Below, piece after piece: positions 24,904-26,486 of a stretch of 26,486 nt of DNA. This stretch comes from a virus (taxonomy: Duplodnaviria; Caudoviricetes). How positions within the stretch are numbered: the stretch's first letter is position 1; the number at the start of each line of letters is the position of its first letter. The stretch covers positions 1 through 26,486 of IMG/VR virus record IMGVR_UViG_3300006033_000100. One strand, written 5' to 3'. The notes under the pieces were generated by a model. The model saw only the letters and a program-made list of their open reading frames with translations, was not told the DNA's origin and did not search any database. Position numbers and translations under genes: made by a program.

Positions 24904-25745
24904 ATCGGCAGTTCCCAACCATCATCGGTCACATCTGCCCCGGCGCGCTTACCGCCACGCAACATTTTCTCGATGTAGGGGACCGGATCAACCGCGCCGT
25001 GCACCTGAGCCGCCGTGATGGCCTTTGCCGTTTCGTCCTGCCCGAAGTCACGCGCCCACTTGCCAACCATGCCAGCCTTGGCTGGACCGAGGTAGGCTTT
25101 TGCGCTCTCCCAAAAATGGCGCTTCGGGTCGTTTTTCGGAAAATCCAAAACCGTGGCTGTGCCCGTATCTTTAGATACGGAACCTTCTTCCTTTACTCTC
25201 CCTTTACTCTCCCTTTCCTTTACTTGGGACGCTGGAGGATTCCTTGACGCTTCCTTGTAGGAGACCTTAGTGCGTCCTTGATCATCGCCGTCCACACATG
25301 ATCGTTCATCCTTTTGCGCTCCTTGGCTCGCCTCCATTCCGTTTCCAGAAGATGCCTCTCCCCAGCGCTTGGCGTTCGCTTTGCGACTTCTTTCACGATA
25401 CAACTCCTTCTTTTTCCAAGCTTCTTTTGCCTTTTCAGCGACAACAGGGTGATAAAGCCTGCCATCGCTGCACTTGATCCAGCCATGAAGCGCGCCAGAA
25501 CGAACCTTGCGCCAAGTGCGAACGTCGCGTCCGAGTTCAGCAAGACGCGCCAATTCCACATCGTCATCAGGGAGTGACGCCGCAGGGACTTGATGGAAAG
25601 ATTTTAGCCACAAGGTTACGCCAGCGCGCCATTCGGAATCGTTTGTGACCGCGTGAAACCGCGAACCGAAAAGCTGCGATATTGCCATAGGCAAAAATGG
25701 GAAGTCCCGCAGATCGCAATCGGGGGGTGTGAGAGGTTCGGTCAT
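24897..25745 (-). CDS. DUF1376/YdaU-like phage replication initiator
   Basis: PLTPPDCDLRDFPFLP...LWLKSFHQVPAASLPDDDVELARLA...ALHGWIKCSDGRLYHPVVAEKA, then a low-complexity linker and C-terminal DPVPYIEK. ATGA coupling at 25742-25745. Confidence 0.8.
   Translation of the reverse strand: MTEPLTPPDCDLRDFPFLPMAISQLFGSRFHAVTNDSEWRAGVTLWLKSFHQVPAASLPDDDVELARLAELGRDVRTWRKVRSGALHGWIKCSDGRLYHPVVAEKAKEAWKKKELYRERSRKANAKRWGEASSGNGMEASQGAQKDERSCVDGDDQGRTKVSYKEASRNPPASQVKERESKGRVKEEGSVSKDTGTATVLDFPKNDPKRHFWESAKAYLGPAKAGMVGKWARDFGQDETAKAITAAQVHGAVDPVPYIEKMLRGGKRAGADVTDDGWELPIC
25183..25325. repeat. Iteron-like repeats and a purine/pyrimidine-skewed tract within the initiator gene (putative origin)
   Basis: CCTTTACTCTC twice at 25190-25211. 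TCCTTG-like hexamers at 25241, 25252, 25264, 25275, 25309 and 25320. Confidence 0.55.
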
Positions 25746-25945
25746 GCGGCTTCCAGCCCCCAAAATACGATAAAATCCTCGGTCGCCTCATCGTCCAGAA
25801 ACCCGCATTGCCGCGCCAACATGATGCGCTCCTTGCGTTCGCTGTCCGAAATGCCGCGCGCCTTGATCGCGGCCATGATGATGCGACGGGTGAAGTCTGC
25901 CCAAAACGGGTTTGCAGACGTTGCGATGGTCACAGGGGCGTTCAC
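25742..25945 (-). CDS. Hypothetical protein
   Basis: 67 aa; GGAGG SD; GTGA/ATGA coupling to its neighbours. Confidence 0.65.
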   Translation of the reverse strand: MNAPVTIATSANPFWADFTRRIIMAAIKARGISDSERKERIMLARQCGFLDDEATEDFIVFWGLEAA

Positions 25946-26379
25946 GCCGCGATCCTCCCGACAACCGGCATCCCCTGTGCAACCAGCCAGTCAAACGCAG
26001 CCGTCGGGCAGAAGAAACACGCCACCGGAAAGCCCATCATGAATTTGCGGTTGCCCCAATCGACCTGCGCTTGCGACAATTCACCGGGACGACCGGCGGC
26101 GGTGTAGCCCTTCATCTCCACGAATGCGGTTCCACATTTAGGCCAGGTCACGATGTAATCGCCGTGGCCGGTGACTACGCCCAGCGTCTTGGCCTTGGCG
26201 TGGTTGTGCCGCCCCTCATTCTTGACGTGCGCAATCTCGGCACGTGGTGCGAGTTGATGCACCAGCTTGACCAGCGCTTTACAGCGGCTGTCTTCGGACA
26301 AATGCTTCTGCCCATCTGGTTTCTGGACAAAGAACAGAGGCTCTTGGTCCAGCGCGGTTTCCAGCGCGGCCCAACTCAC
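25942..26379 (-). CDS. VRR-NUC family PD-(D/E)xK nuclease (probable Holliday junction resolvase)
   Basis: HVKNEG...GVVTGHGDYIV...FVEMKG...LSQAQVDW...GF pattern. Confidence 0.8.
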   Translation of the reverse strand: MSWAALETALDQEPLFFVQKPDGQKHLSEDSRCKALVKLVHQLAPRAEIAHVKNEGRHNHAKAKTLGVVTGHGDYIVTWPKCGTAFVEMKGYTAAGRPGELSQAQVDWGNRKFMMGFPVACFFCPTAAFDWLVAQGMPVVGRIAA

Positions 26380-26486
26380 GCCGCCCGCTCCCGCCCAGCC
26401 ATCGCAACCGCAATGGCGTTCTCCAATTCAGCCATCTGCGCAGCGTTGAACCTGCGATCAGCGGCCTTCTGGCGGACCCCTGCAAC
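26376..26486 (-). CDS. 3' end of a gene entering from the right edge
   Basis: Open frame VAGVRQKAADRRFNAAQMAELENAIAVAMAGRERAA*. Its TGA overlaps the GTG of the VRR-NUC gene. Confidence 0.6.
   Translation of the reverse strand, partial: VAGVRQKAADRRFNAAQMAELENAIAVAMAGRERAA

Noticed and set aside
26279-26485. 68-aa minus-strand ORF in the track
   Set aside because: A different frame ending at 26376 gives a more protein-like sequence and a GTGA coupling to the next gene.
1-26486. CRISPR array, tRNA, IS element, att site or diversity-generating retroelement
   Set aside because: No spaced direct repeats, cloverleaf, transposase, integrase or reverse transcriptase were recognised by eye; a covariance-model search was not possible.

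Overview
The whole window is one contiguous, minus-strand segment of a short-tailed (podovirus-type) phage or prophage with a Bordetella phage BPP-1/T7-like virion gene order. An alphaproteobacterial, possibly Sphingomonadales, host is only an impression from sequence style. In transcription order (right to left) it encodes: a partial ORF, a VRR-NUC nuclease, a DUF1376/YdaU-like replication initiator containing an ori-like repeat tract, a primase zinc-binding domain out of frame with a TOPRIM/SF4 primase-helicase, an HNH protein, small ORFs including a LexA-like wHTH, TerS, TerL, three moron-like ORFs, a small Met-Cys virion protein with an apparent ATC start, portal, Bbp19-like protein, scaffold, major capsid, Bbp16-like cement, small structural ORFs, tail adaptor, a tail nozzle split into two genes, gp13-, gp14- and gp15-like ejection genes, a lipoprotein moron, a 2271-aa polyvalent ejection protein carrying an ADP-ribosyltransferase-like cassette and an HExxH motif, and the 5' part of a tail fibre. 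A bipartite motif (GCGATTCAA-N16-CnTAnnC) recurs four times in front of structural genes. No integrase, repressor, lysis genes, RNA genes or CRISPR array were seen. All family calls come from motif recognition and synteny, not database searches.
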